This document shows positions 20,507 through 32,057 of a DNA stretch of 64,000 bases, piece after piece (positions within the stretch are counted from its first letter, which is position 1; the number at the start of each line of letters is the position of its first letter). A program made the position numbers and the translations under genes. Under the pieces are notes generated by a model. It was given only the letters and a program-made list of their open reading frames with translations. It was not told the origin of the DNA and did no database searches. The stretch comes from an uncultured Candidatus Saccharibacteria bacterium (GTDB lineage Bacteria > Patescibacteriota > Minisyncoccia > UBA6257): the NCBI GenBank assembly GCA_964618625.1, contig CAZUBI010000001.1:1940-65939 (forward strand). Direction: 5' to 3'.

Positions 20507-21625
20507 ATGAAAGATTATTATGATATTTTAGGTGTTTCGCGTTCAGCTTCTCCAGAAGAAATCAAAAAAGCTTTTTATAAATTAGCTCATAAGCATCATC
20601 CAGATAAAGGAGGTAATCCAGAAAAATTTAAAGAGATAAACGAAGCATATCAGGTTTTATCTAATAAAGAGAAAAGAACTCAGTATGATAAATTTGGTCG
20701 TGCATTTGAGGGAGCAGGAGCTGGTTTTCAACAGGGATTTCCCGGGTTTGAATGGCAAGAAGGCGGATTCCAATCGCCGTTTGGTTTTTCTGGAAACTTT
20801 GATGCTGGAGATATTTTTTCTGATTTTTTCAAAGAAGCTGCTAATTCTACAAGAAAAAGGAAAAGCGCATATCAAAATAAGGGGAGAGATATAGAAGTTA
20901 ATTTAGAGATAGATTTAGAAGAAGCGGCTTTTGGAGCAAGAAAGGACATTTCTTTTAAAACTTATCTTGTTTGCGAGCATTGTAATGGCAAAGGATATGA
21001 ACCAAATTCCAAATTAAAAGAATGCTCAAATTGTAAAGGAGAAGGGGTGATTAGAGAATTACGCAGGACCTTTTTAGGAGAGTTTACTCAAATAATTGAA
21101 TGCCCAAAATGTAAAGGAAGAGGAAAAATTCCAGAAAAGCCATGTAAAACTTGCGGAGGTGATGGCCGTTATTATGGCAACAAAGAGATCAAAGTAGATA
21201 TTCCTATTGGAATAAGAGACGGAGAAACAATCAGGATAAGAAAAGAAGGGGAAGCTGGGATATTGGATGGATTAAGCGGGGATTTATACATTAGAATAAT
21301 AATTAGGCGACATTCGGCATTTGAAAGAAAGGGTGATGATTTGCATACGACTTTGTACATAAGTTTTACTGAGGCAGTGCTTGGAACTAAAAAAGATGTA
21401 AAAATTCTTAGCTCATTAAAAGATAGGGAAAAAAACATTCTTTTAAAAATTCCTTCTGGAACAGAATCTGGAGAAATCTTTCGTATCAGAGGAAAAGGGG
21501 TTAAACATTTTGACGCTCCAGGCCAGGGCGATTTATATGTTAAAATAAAGATTAAAACCCCTAAAAAGGTTTCTGCGCAAGCAAAAGAGCTTTTGGAAAA
21601 ACTGCAAAAAGAAATCGAGGAGTAA
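20507..21625 (+). CDS. dnaJ: chaperone DnaJ
   Basis: J-domain HPD, G/F region, four CxxCxGxG repeats. Confidence 0.96.
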   Translation: MKDYYDILGVSRSASPEEIKKAFYKLAHKHHPDKGGNPEKFKEINEAYQVLSNKEKRTQYDKFGRAFEGAGAGFQQGFPGFEWQEGGFQSPFGFSGNFDAGDIFSDFFKEAANSTRKRKSAYQNKGRDIEVNLEIDLEEAAFGARKDISFKTYLVCEHCNGKGYEPNSKLKECSNCKGEGVIRELRRTFLGEFTQIIECPKCKGRGKIPEKPCKTCGGDGRYYGNKEIKVDIPIGIRDGETIRIRKEGEAGILDGLSGDLYIRIIIRRHSAFERKGDDLHTTLYISFTEAVLGTKKDVKILSSLKDREKNILLKIPSGTESGEIFRIRGKGVKHFDAPGQGDLYVKIKIKTPKKVSAQAKELLEKLQKEIEE

Positions 21626-21631
21626 TTTTTG

Positions 21632-23374
21632 ATGATTCAAATTAAACAGGATTTAAAATTTATTTTAAACCGAATAAAACATCCTTCAAAATTTTATTGG
21701 GGTATTTTTGCTATTTTAATATCAAGTATTTTAGTTACAATTGTTCCTTATATTTATGGACGTTTAGTTGATTTGGCAATTGATCCCAATTCTTCACTTG
21801 TTTTGATAATACAATTAATTTTTCTTTGGACAGGCATTAATTTAACAGCAAATATTTTAGAAAGATATAGTACAAAAAATAGTTATGAAATTACTGTTGA
21901 TTTAGCTAATTATCTGACTACTGATCTTTATGCTTACATTGTTAATTTACCGATTTCTTTCCATAAAGAACAAAAAACAGGAAAGGTTTTACGAAAGATT
22001 AACAGAGGTGTCTCGAGTCTTTATAACTTAATTGAGAATGTTTTGTTTTCTTTCGCTCCTACTATCATTTCTTTTTTTCTTGCTTTAACAATTCTTTTCT
22101 GGGCAGAGTGGCGGTTAAGCACAATTTTATTAGTTGCTATGTTAATCTTTATCATAGTAACCATTGCTTATACAAAAAAGATTATTAAAGCTCAAATATC
22201 AGTTCATCAGTCTTATGAACGAGCGTATGGCTTTTTGTATGATTCAATAGTTAATGTTTATACAGTTAAATCAAATACCAGTGAAGACTCGGAAAGAAGG
22301 GATAATACGAGAAGGTTTAATGCAGCTGGTCGTATTGATAAAAACTGGCGTTCAATTTGGATTAGAATGGGCTTTTGGCAAAAAGTTATTAATGTATTAA
22401 GTTTTAGTTCTGTCTTAGGATTAGCGATAATAATGTTAAGAAATGGACAATTATCACCAGGTAAATTAGTAATGTTTATAGGGTATATTTCACTCCTTTC
22501 AAGGCCTCTTAACAGACTTGCATCTCAATACCGTCAATTGCGTACATCTTTAACTGCTTTTCGGAGAGCTATAGGTTATTATAAAATAGGGGAGGAGAAA
22601 GATTTCTTTGGAGCTAAAGATTTAGATATTAAAGGAAACGTAGAATTTCGCAACGTTGATTTTTATTATAAAAAAACCACGCCAATATTAGAAGATATTT
22701 CATTTGAGGCTAAGGATGGAGAAAAGATTGCTCTTGTTGGCGAAAGTGGTGTAGGAAAAACTACTTTAGTTGATTTAATAGAGCGATTCTATCTGCCTCA
22801 ACGGGGTGAGATTTTTATTAGCGGAGTAAATATTAAAAAGATAAAATTAAAAAGTTTACGCAGTCAAATAGCAATTGTTCCTCAAGAAGTAACTTTATTT
22901 AATAATACCATTAAACAGAATATTCGTTATGGTAAATTTAATGCTACTGACGAAGAAATTAAAAAAGCTGCAAAGATAGCTAATGCGTCAGAGTTTATAG
23001 AAGAATTTCCTGGAAAATACAATCAAATAGTAGGGGAAAGGGGGATTAAACTTTCTACTGGTCAAAAACAAAGGATAGCTATTGCTAGGGCTTTGTTGAG
23101 AAATCCAAAAATCTTAATTTTAGATGAAGCTACCTCAGCTTTAGATTCAGTTTCAGAGAAATTGGTCCAGGGAGGATTAAATAATTTAATGAAAAACAGA
23201 ACATGTTTTATTATTGCTCATCGTCTTAGCACTATTAAGAATGCAGATAAAATCTTGGTTTTCAAAAAAGGAAAAATAGTTGAAATTGGAAAACATGAAG
23301 AGTTAATTAAAAAACCGAATGGAATATATAGGGAATTTTGGGAATTACAATCTGCCCTTCAAAATAGATCATAA
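21632..23374 (+). CDS. ABC transporter fused permease/ATP-binding protein (MsbA-like exporter)
   Basis: TM domain, GESGVGKT, LSTGQKQR, ILDEATS, AHRLST. Confidence 0.9.
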   Translation: MIQIKQDLKFILNRIKHPSKFYWGIFAILISSILVTIVPYIYGRLVDLAIDPNSSLVLIIQLIFLWTGINLTANILERYSTKNSYEITVDLANYLTTDLYAYIVNLPISFHKEQKTGKVLRKINRGVSSLYNLIENVLFSFAPTIISFFLALTILFWAEWRLSTILLVAMLIFIIVTIAYTKKIIKAQISVHQSYERAYGFLYDSIVNVYTVKSNTSEDSERRDNTRRFNAAGRIDKNWRSIWIRMGFWQKVINVLSFSSVLGLAIIMLRNGQLSPGKLVMFIGYISLLSRPLNRLASQYRQLRTSLTAFRRAIGYYKIGEEKDFFGAKDLDIKGNVEFRNVDFYYKKTTPILEDISFEAKDGEKIALVGESGVGKTTLVDLIERFYLPQRGEIFISGVNIKKIKLKSLRSQIAIVPQEVTLFNNTIKQNIRYGKFNATDEEIKKAAKIANASEFIEEFPGKYNQIVGERGIKLSTGQKQRIAIARALLRNPKILILDEATSALDSVSEKLVQGGLNNLMKNRTCFIIAHRLSTIKNADKILVFKKGKIVEIGKHEELIKKPNGIYREFWELQSALQNRS

Positions 23375-23454
23375 TTTTGTTACAATAGGTAATTAGTAAT
23401 TATTCTCTAAACAAGGTCAAGGGGATACAAAAAGATTAAAAATAATAGAAAACT

Positions 23455-24171
23455 ATGAAAAATCTTACTACGTTAATAAAAGAGAGCTTCGGGATTTATA
23501 AGCAAAAGATAACACCTATTTTACTTATCTTGTTTATCTCCGGAGTCGTAATAACAATTCTTGGAATATCCTTGGGAGGAAGCATGATGTTTTCGGTTTT
23601 AAAATTAAAAGATGCAGCTGCTACAGAAACTGCGAAAGCTTTATTTTTCTCACCATTAGTTATTGGAATGTTCTTAGTTATGATATTGTGGATAATATTT
23701 ACCGGGCTTACCTTTATAATATTAACAGCAAAACCTGTTGGAACTAAATTAAAAGAGATTTTTCAGGAAGCATGGAAAAAGCTTTGGCAGTATCTTTGGC
23801 TTATAATATTAGTAAGTTTTTTTGTTGTTTTATCAACTCTTTTTTTCGTTATTCCAGGTATTATAGTGGGAATCTATTTAACCCTTTATTCCTATATTTT
23901 TGTTGTTGAAGGAAAAAGGGGCATGGGAGCATTAAAACATAGTTGGAAATTAGTAGAAGGTAATTGGTGGAAAGTATTTGGTAGATTATTTTTACTAGGA
24001 ATTGTTTTTAATATTATATACACTCTTTTAAGCAGTGTTAATAATTTATTAGGTATTGTTTTTCAGCTTTTCTATATGCCGTTTAGTATAATATTCTTGT
24101 ATCTAATTTATTTGGAATTAAAGAAATCTAAAGAAATACAAATACAAGCACAAACACAAGCAGAAATATAA
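23455..24171 (+). CDS. hypothetical membrane protein
   Basis: Multi-TM, IPGI...ALKHSWKLVEGNWW pattern. Confidence 0.7.
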   Translation: MKNLTTLIKESFGIYKQKITPILLILFISGVVITILGISLGGSMMFSVLKLKDAAATETAKALFFSPLVIGMFLVMILWIIFTGLTFIILTAKPVGTKLKEIFQEAWKKLWQYLWLIILVSFFVVLSTLFFVIPGIIVGIYLTLYSYIFVVEGKRGMGALKHSWKLVEGNWWKVFGRLFLLGIVFNIIYTLLSSVNNLLGIVFQLFYMPFSIIFLYLIYLELKKSKEIQIQAQTQAEI

Positions 24172-25232
24172 TGAACTTTTTATATTTTTATATTCTATTA
24201 GGGGTATTAGCAGGTATTTTTTCAGCTGGTATTTTTTATGTTTTTGTAATTAAGAAAGAAAAAGTCAAAAAAGATGATAATCAATCGTTTCTTTTATTGC
24301 AAAGTCAGATACAAGAAATTACGCGCACACTTGATTCTAAGCTTGGAGAATTACCAGGCGTAATTCAAAATCAATTTGGAGAAAGTGCTAAGATTATTAG
24401 GAAAGTGACTGAAAAATTAACAAAATTAGACGAAACAAATAAACAGGTAGTTAATTTTGCTGACCAGCTTAAAAACCTTCAGGATATTTTAAAAAATCCA
24501 AAACAAAGGGGGGTATTAGGAGAGTATTATTTGGAAACAGTCTTAAAAAATGTTCTTCCTCCGGGAAGTTATCAAATGCAATATGAGTTTAAAGATGGCA
24601 CAAAGGTTGACGCTGTAATATTCATTAAAGATAAAATCATTCCTATTGACTCCAAGTTTAGTTTGGAAAATTATAATCGGATATTAGAAACAAATGATAA
24701 AAATGAGAAAAAGAAATTGGAGGAAACTTTTAAAAATGATTTAAAAAGCAGAATTGATGAAACAGCTAAATATATAAAGCCAGAAGAGGGGACAATGGAA
24801 TTTGCTTTTATGTTTATTCCATCTGAAGCGATTTATTATGATTTATTAATTAACAAAATTGGTACTGTAAAAGCTAACACTCGTGATTTAGTAGAATATG
24901 CCATGGGGCAGAAAAAAGTAATTATTGTTTCGCCAACTTCTTTTTTGGCGTACTTACAGACTGTTCTTCAAGGATTAAGGGCTCTACACATAGAAGAATC
25001 TGCTAAAGAGATTAAGAAATGGGTAGAGAATTTAGCTCGTCATTTGACCAGCTATGAGACTTATATGCAAAAAATGGGTAATCATTTAGGCACAACGGTA
25101 AGTATGTATAATTCCGCATACAAAGAGTTTGGTAAGATTGATAAAGATGTTTATCGAATTTCAGGGGAAAAAATTGGGGCAGAGCCATTAGAAATAGAAA
25201 AACCAAAGCAAGAAGAAGTTGACAAGGAATAA
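24171..25232 (+). CDS. rmuC: DNA recombination protein RmuC
   Basis: N-terminal TM, KQRGVLGE, IDSKF, FMFIPSEA, SPTSFLAYL. Confidence 0.9.
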   Translation: MNFLYFYILLGVLAGIFSAGIFYVFVIKKEKVKKDDNQSFLLLQSQIQEITRTLDSKLGELPGVIQNQFGESAKIIRKVTEKLTKLDETNKQVVNFADQLKNLQDILKNPKQRGVLGEYYLETVLKNVLPPGSYQMQYEFKDGTKVDAVIFIKDKIIPIDSKFSLENYNRILETNDKNEKKKLEETFKNDLKSRIDETAKYIKPEEGTMEFAFMFIPSEAIYYDLLINKIGTVKANTRDLVEYAMGQKKVIIVSPTSFLAYLQTVLQGLRALHIEESAKEIKKWVENLARHLTSYETYMQKMGNHLGTTVSMYNSAYKEFGKIDKDVYRISGEKIGAEPLEIEKPKQEEVDKE

Positions 25233-25252
25233 TTTTTAAGTAAAATATATGA

Positions 25253-25279
25253 TTAGCAATTAAAGTCGAGGATTGCCAA
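25253..25279 (+). promoter_or_regulatory. CIRCE operator upstream of groES
   Basis: TTAGCAATT-N9-GATTGCCAA downstream of TTGACA(25219)-16-TAAAAT(25241). Confidence 0.75.
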
Positions 25280-25311
25280 TTCAAGGAATTTTAAAGATAA
25301 ATTTTAAAAAA

Positions 25312-25599
25312 ATGAATATAAAACCGTTATCTGATCATATTTTTGTAGAAACTTTTAATGAAGAAAAAACTACCAAAAGTGGTATTTTTATTCCTGCTTC
25401 ATCTGAAGAAAAACCAATGATGGGAAAAGTAGTCGCTATTGGCCCTGGGAAAACAACTGATCAAGGAAAATTAATTCCTTTGAATGTAAAAGTAGGAGAT
25501 AAAGTTCTGTTTACCAAATATACCCCTAATGAAGTGAAAGTGGACGAGAAAGAGTATCTTGTTATCCGTGAGGATGATGTACTCGCTATTATTGAGTAA
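25312..25599 (+). CDS. groES: co-chaperonin GroES
   Basis: IKPLSD, TKSGIFIP, VKVGDKVLF; ATG 25312. Confidence 0.95.
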   Translation: MNIKPLSDHIFVETFNEEKTTKSGIFIPASSEEKPMMGKVVAIGPGKTTDQGKLIPLNVKVGDKVLFTKYTPNEVKVDEKEYLVIREDDVLAIIE

Positions 25600-25620
25600 A
25601 TAACAGCTAACAATTAATAA

Positions 25621-27264
<1,644 letters not shown>

Positions 27265-27288
27265 AAAATAAAAATATAAATTAAAAAC

Positions 27289-27834
27289 ATGAGTATATAT
27301 TGGTTCGTTCTAATCTTAATAGTGCTTTTTGTCGTTATAGCTTATAACTCTCTTATTAGAAAAAGCCAGCGCGTAAAAGAAGCTTGGGCAGATATTGATG
27401 TTCAATTAAAACGTCGTTATGATTTAGTGCCTAATTTGATTGAAGCGGTAAAAGGTTATATGGCTCATGAAAAAGAAGTATTTGAAAAGGTTACAGAAGC
27501 TCGAACGCGAGCTATGGGCACTACTGATGGCGAAGAAAAGATAAAAGCAGAGAATCAATTCACTCAAACATTGAAAACTCTTTTTGCTGTTGCTGAAAAT
27601 TATCCGGAATTAAAAGCTAATCAAAGTTTTATTGAATTACAAAAAGAATTAGTAGATACAGAAGATAAGATTCAAGCTGCTCGCCGATTCTATAATTCCA
27701 ATGTAAGGGATTATAATATTGCCATAAAAGTTTTTCCAAGAACTTTAATTGCCAAAACATTCGGTTTCAAAGAAGAACCATTATTTGAAATTACTGAAGT
27801 TGAAGAACGCGAAGCAGTAAAGGTCAAATTTTAA
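27289..27834 (+). CDS. lemA: LemA family protein
   Basis: IDVQLKRRYDLVPNL, AENYPELKA, ARRFYN. Confidence 0.93.
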   Translation: MSIYWFVLILIVLFVVIAYNSLIRKSQRVKEAWADIDVQLKRRYDLVPNLIEAVKGYMAHEKEVFEKVTEARTRAMGTTDGEEKIKAENQFTQTLKTLFAVAENYPELKANQSFIELQKELVDTEDKIQAARRFYNSNVRDYNIAIKVFPRTLIAKTFGFKEEPLFEITEVEEREAVKVKF

Positions 27835-27853
27835 ATTGCTGCGCTACTAATTT

Positions 27854-28738
27854 GTGACTCTTTATACGCAAGTTGATTCTAATATTCGCAAAACGTGGTT
27901 TTTAATCATGGTTTTTTTAATATTAATTATCGCTTTAGGATGGGTTTTTAGTTATATTTTTGAATCACACCTAATCTTATATATTGCTGTTATTTTTAGT
28001 ATATTCTGGAGTTTTTCCAGTTATTGGTATTCTGATAAAATTGTTCTTTCTCTCACTAAATCACGGCCAATAAAAAAGCAAGATTGTCCAGAATTGTATA
28101 GGATTGTGGAAAATCTTTCTATTACAGCCGGGTTGCCTATACCAAAGATTTATATTATTGATGATATTTCTCCTAATGCTTTTGCCACTGGGCGAGATGC
28201 TAAACATGGAGTTGTTTGTGTTACGCAAGGATTATTAGATAAATTAGAAAAATCTGAATTAGAAGGTGTTATAGCGCATGAATTATCTCATATTGGTAAT
28301 CGAGATATTCTTTTATCTTCAGTGGTCGTGGTTTTAGTTGGTATGATTGCTTTATTATCAGATTGGCTTCTCAGATCATTATTTTGGGGAAGAAGAAGAA
28401 GAGATAGCCAGGGTAATTTAGGTCTTATTTTGTTGGTAGTTGGCATTGTAGCGGCTATTGTAGCGCCTTTAGCAGCTACTTTACTTAGATTAGCCATATC
28501 AAGGAAAAGAGAGTTTTTAGCTGATGCTTCAGGGGCGCTTTTAACCCGTTATCCAGAAGGTTTAGCACGTGCATTAGAAAAAATTTCTCAGGATCCTAAT
28601 CCTTTACAAGTTGCTTCAAATGCAACAAGCCACCTTTTTATATCCAATCCTTTTAGGAAAAAAGCCATGAGTAAATTATGGATGACTCATCCGCTTACAG
28701 AGGAAAGAGTAAAAGCTTTGAGACAAATGGATATTTGA
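27854..28738 (+). CDS. htpX: zinc metalloprotease HtpX
   Basis: PNAFATG, HELSH, SRKREFLAD, THP. Confidence 0.92.
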   Translation: MTLYTQVDSNIRKTWFLIMVFLILIIALGWVFSYIFESHLILYIAVIFSIFWSFSSYWYSDKIVLSLTKSRPIKKQDCPELYRIVENLSITAGLPIPKIYIIDDISPNAFATGRDAKHGVVCVTQGLLDKLEKSELEGVIAHELSHIGNRDILLSSVVVVLVGMIALLSDWLLRSLFWGRRRRDSQGNLGLILLVVGIVAAIVAPLAATLLRLAISRKREFLADASGALLTRYPEGLARALEKISQDPNPLQVASNATSHLFISNPFRKKAMSKLWMTHPLTEERVKALRQMDI

Positions 28739-28816
28739 AATGACAAAATAAGAAAAATTTGCTAAAATGTGTATAGGGTCGAGATAAAAAATTTAACAAA
28801 ATTATTAATTAAAATT

Positions 28817-29206
28817 ATGGACGAGGATATTCAAAAAGAACCTTCAGAAGAACAAGCCCCAGAACAAACATCTACTCCAGAAACACCAGAACAAGCTCCT
28901 AAAAAAGCTGAGGACAATAAACTAATAGCTATTTTGAGCTATATTGGAGTTTTATGCCTTATCCCTCTTTTAACAAAGAAAGATGATGAATTTGTTTTCT
29001 TTCATGCCAAACAAGGATTAGTTCTCTTTATTGCTGAAGTAATAACTGCTTTTGTTGCTGCTATTCCTTTTCTTGGTTGGGTTATTGCTCCTTTAGCTAG
29101 CTTGTTATGGATAATATTATCTATCATAGGTATTGTTAATGTTTTAGGAGACAAAACAAAAGAATTACCTGTTTTAGGTAAATACGCTGTTAAGATTAAA
29201 ATTTAA
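28817..29206 (+). CDS. DUF4870-like membrane protein
   Basis: AILSYIG, FHAKQGL, ELPVLG. Confidence 0.7.
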   Translation: MDEDIQKEPSEEQAPEQTSTPETPEQAPKKAEDNKLIAILSYIGVLCLIPLLTKKDDEFVFFHAKQGLVLFIAEVITAFVAAIPFLGWVIAPLASLLWIILSIIGIVNVLGDKTKELPVLGKYAVKIKI

Positions 29207-29261
29207 AGACTAATAATTCATCTACCCAAATTTTATTCATAGAATTTGGGTAGATGGGTAT

Positions 29262-29351
29262 GGAGAGGTGCCGGAGTGGTTTAACGGGCGTGATTGGAAA
29301 TCACGTATAGTCAAATGGCTATCGAGGGTTCGAATCCCTCCCTCTCCGCCA
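29262..29351 (+). tRNA. tRNA-Ser(GGA)
   Basis: GGAGAGG/CCTCTCC acceptor, CGTGA-TTGGAAA-TCACG anticodon arm, long variable arm, GAGGG-TTCGAAT-CCCTC, encoded CCA. Confidence 0.96.
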
Positions 29352-29386
29352 ATTATCACTTTTCGGAACAATAGGGCAATTTGAAT

Positions 29387-29447
29387 GGTTCCAATCCAAG
29401 ACCCCCAGCAAATTAGAATCGCCAAAGAGGCGATTTTTTGGTAAAAT
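29387..29447 (+). repeat. first array site: tRNA-Gln-3'-like variant core plus part B
   Basis: GGTTCCAATCCAAGACCCCCAGCA-AATTAG-AATCGCCAAAGAGGCGATTTTTTGGTAAAAT. Confidence 0.8.
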
Positions 29448-29456
29448 ATAGATACT

Positions 29457-30263
29457 ATGAAGATAAAAGTAATGTCCTATAATATTAAAAATGGATTTTT
29501 TGATAAAGATAAAAATAATAGGTTTAGATTAAATAAGACAAGGCAAAAAGCGGCACAGAAAATCATAAAAAAAGAAAATCCAGAAATCTTAATTATTACC
29601 GAGGCTGATTTTGCAGAAAGGAAAAATAATCCACAGGACTATAAAAAGATATTCAAATACCCATACGGAGTTTTTGTAGATAGACCATTGATGAATAGAT
29701 ATTTTGGGATAGGGATACTTTCAAAATATCCAATTATTCAATCATATAAATATGCTCCAAAAAAATCTCGATGGATAGAAGCAGCAATAAAAACAAAAGA
29801 CAAAACTATATATGTTAATGCTACTCATCCAAGCCTCCTGAATACTCTTACAGAAAAGGTAAATCTTTTTAAAAAAGTTCTTAAGAATAAAAAACATCCT
29901 TATGTCCTAGCAGGGGATTTTAACTCCATATCTCCTGAAGATAAATATGATAAAAATAAATTACTAGAGGGTTTTATAAAAAGATTTAATAATAGAAAAA
30001 AGGCCGAGGCAGTTGTTAATAAAATATTTAAAAAAGAAACAATCAGGCTACTTTTAAAAGAAGAACTAGTTGATACCTATAAAAAGAAAAACAAAAAATG
30101 GGATTATACTTACCATACTAAGTTATCTGGGAATAGTTATATGAGAATTGATTATATCTTTTGTTCAAATGACATTAAAGTAGTTGATTCTGGAATAATT
30201 AAAAATATTCAAACTGAAAAAGCTTCGGATCACTATCCAATTTACGCTATTTTGGAAATCTAA
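29457..30263 (+). CDS. endonuclease/exonuclease/phosphatase family protein
   Basis: MSYNI, AGDFNS, RIDYIF, ASDHYP. Confidence 0.85.
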   Translation: MKIKVMSYNIKNGFFDKDKNNRFRLNKTRQKAAQKIIKKENPEILIITEADFAERKNNPQDYKKIFKYPYGVFVDRPLMNRYFGIGILSKYPIIQSYKYAPKKSRWIEAAIKTKDKTIYVNATHPSLLNTLTEKVNLFKKVLKNKKHPYVLAGDFNSISPEDKYDKNKLLEGFIKRFNNRKKAEAVVNKIFKKETIRLLLKEELVDTYKKKNKKWDYTYHTKLSGNSYMRIDYIFCSNDIKVVDSGIIKNIQTEKASDHYPIYAILEI

Positions 30264-30320
30264 CAAATTTATTTAATTTATTTTTTAAACTAATCTAAGG
30301 GAATTGCATTGAGCTAAATA

Positions 30321-30346
30321 GGTTCCAACATCGTTCCATAGCCCCA
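30321..30346 (+). repeat. att-like core (part A only)
   Basis: GGTTCCAACATCGTTCCATAGCCCCA, exact. Confidence 0.9.
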
Positions 30347-30397
30347 TCAATGAGTTTCTTTTCCATAGTGGTAAATAAAATAATAAAATCAAAATAT

Positions 30398-30772
30398 ATG
30401 CCAGGCATAAAAGCTACTAACTCCAAAGATTTAACAGTAAAAAACTGCAAGTTTTCTGGTTTTGAAACAGATATTGAATTAGAAAATGTCGAGGGTTTTT
30501 TATCCGAACATAATGAGTTTTCGAGCGAAAACGACCCTAGGCTTGTATTATCGGCAATAATAGATGGGATTAAAAAAAGTGGCCTAGATAAAACCTCCAA
30601 AGAAAGACTATATAAAGAAATAATGAGGTTTCTATTATTAGGCAAATGCAGCAATGATAAAGACAAGAAGAGTATTCAAAACAGAATACTCATAGCTGTG
30701 GGTAGTAAAGTTGCTGATTATTTTGTTCAATTAGCTGCTGCGGTTTCTGCTGGTCTAATAATTAAAAATTAA
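30398..30772 (+). CDS. hypothetical protein
   Basis: ORF filling the space between two cores; ATG 30398 preferred over 30350. Confidence 0.6.
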   Translation: MPGIKATNSKDLTVKNCKFSGFETDIELENVEGFLSEHNEFSSENDPRLVLSAIIDGIKKSGLDKTSKERLYKEIMRFLLLGKCSNDKDKKSIQNRILIAVGSKVADYFVQLAAAVSAGLIIKN

Positions 30773-30816
30773 ATTTCATACAGTTTCTAACATCCTTCTG
30801 CAATCGGAGCCAAATA

Positions 30817-30843
30817 GGTTCCAACATCGTTCCATAGCCCCAG
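30817..30843 (+). repeat. att-like core (part A only)
   Basis: Exact core; a degenerate copy precedes it at 30783-30798. Confidence 0.9.
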
Positions 30844-30972
30844 GCTACTTGTTATTGACCTATAATCTATAATCTGGTATCATATAGATGATAAAGAATA
30901 ACCTTATAGGTTGTTTTTTAATACTTACTTAGCACTCTTGAAAATTAAAAAATTTTAGAAAGGAGTAAGAAA

Positions 30973-31266
30973 ATGGGTAAGCAAATTGAAGTTATTGTAA
31001 GAGATGATGAGACTAATCGCCAGATTGTCGCTTTAAGATATGAAAAACCTGATGAAATAAAAAGTGAGTCTGCGCTTGAGGAACGTAGAGCAACCGCTAT
31101 TTTTTTAGAAAGTCTTGCAAAAGAAATACATAAGCTTCTATCTCGGAAATTTGAAGATTTTATAGAAATGCCTAAAGATTCTGGAATTGAGCTAAGATTC
31201 CCAGTGTCATTAAATGACAGACCATTTGAGATAATTAAGAAAGAATTCATTGTAGAAATAAAATGA
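30973..31266 (+). CDS. hypothetical protein (SD-led)
   Basis: AAGGAG SD; promoter TTGACC(30855)-17-TATCAT(30878). Confidence 0.65.
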   Translation: MGKQIEVIVRDDETNRQIVALRYEKPDEIKSESALEERRATAIFLESLAKEIHKLLSRKFEDFIEMPKDSGIELRFPVSLNDRPFEIIKKEFIVEIK

Positions 31267-31315
31267 TTGTATTAATAAGGGAGAAAAAAATTTTAGAAAA
31301 AAGGAGGAATGAAAA

Positions 31316-31885
31316 ATAAGATATTATTTTATTGGCGTTCGTGAAGTAAAGCTTGTTGGTAGAAATGGAAGTATTGCACAAGAAAGCAAGAGGCAAATAA
31401 AGAAAACTGCTAAAATACTAAGAGAATCCAAAATTGCTGATCGGTTTCCTGAAATTGTTTATTCAAATGGGTCTCGTGCAGGAAATATAACAGCAAAACT
31501 TCTTGCAAATTTACTTGGAATTAAAAAAGTAGAGATTAATAAAGCATTTGATGGGAAGAGAGAACCAGCAGCATTTATTAAAAAATGGTTTGGACTAAAA
31601 AAGGTAAAGAAAGAAGCAATTAACCCAGTCAAGAAAATGGTTAATGAGCTAACCAGGTTAGAGAATAACGTTAACAATATAAACATAGCAATCTGTTCAG
31701 GTAAACTTCTCTATTCCAGTACAAGATTGACATATAAACGGTTTAAGAAACCCAATTTATCAACAAGGAAAAGATTGTTTTTGCGTCCAGCTGAATCTTA
31801 TATTTTAGAACAGCATGACGATTGGGGGTTTGAACTAAAATATATGTTTCCGTCTAAAAAAACAATTGATATCCTGGCTTCATAA
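31316..31885 (+). pseudogene. histidine-phosphatase-fold-like ORF with ATA start or lost start
   Basis: Frame open from ATA 31316 (8 nt after AGGAGG) to 31885, 189 codons; ORF track shows only the last 82 aa. Confidence 0.5.
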
Positions 31886-31982
31886 AGACACACTAATTAA
31901 ATTTAGTCTTGATGGTCGTTGGAAAATTAAAACTCTCCAGTGGCCTGTTTTTTAAAAAAACTTGTAATTTATCTAAAAAAAA

Positions 31983-32048
31983 GGTTCCAATATCGTTCCA
32001 TAGCCCCAGTAAATTAGAATCGCCAAAGAGGCGATTTTTTGGTAGAAT
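31983..32048 (+). repeat. full repeat (A+B)
   Basis: Core with 1-2 substitutions, hairpin, TAGAAT 9 nt before ATG. Confidence 0.9.
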
Positions 32049-32057
32049 ATAGATATC

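Noticed and set aside
29237-29425. 62-aa minus ORF containing GGEGGIRT
   Set aside because: Antisense translation of tRNA-Ser.
30929-30955. Third CIRCE (TTAGCACTC)
   Set aside because: Only the left half-site is present; the sequence is better explained as the boxA-like word shared with 42562.
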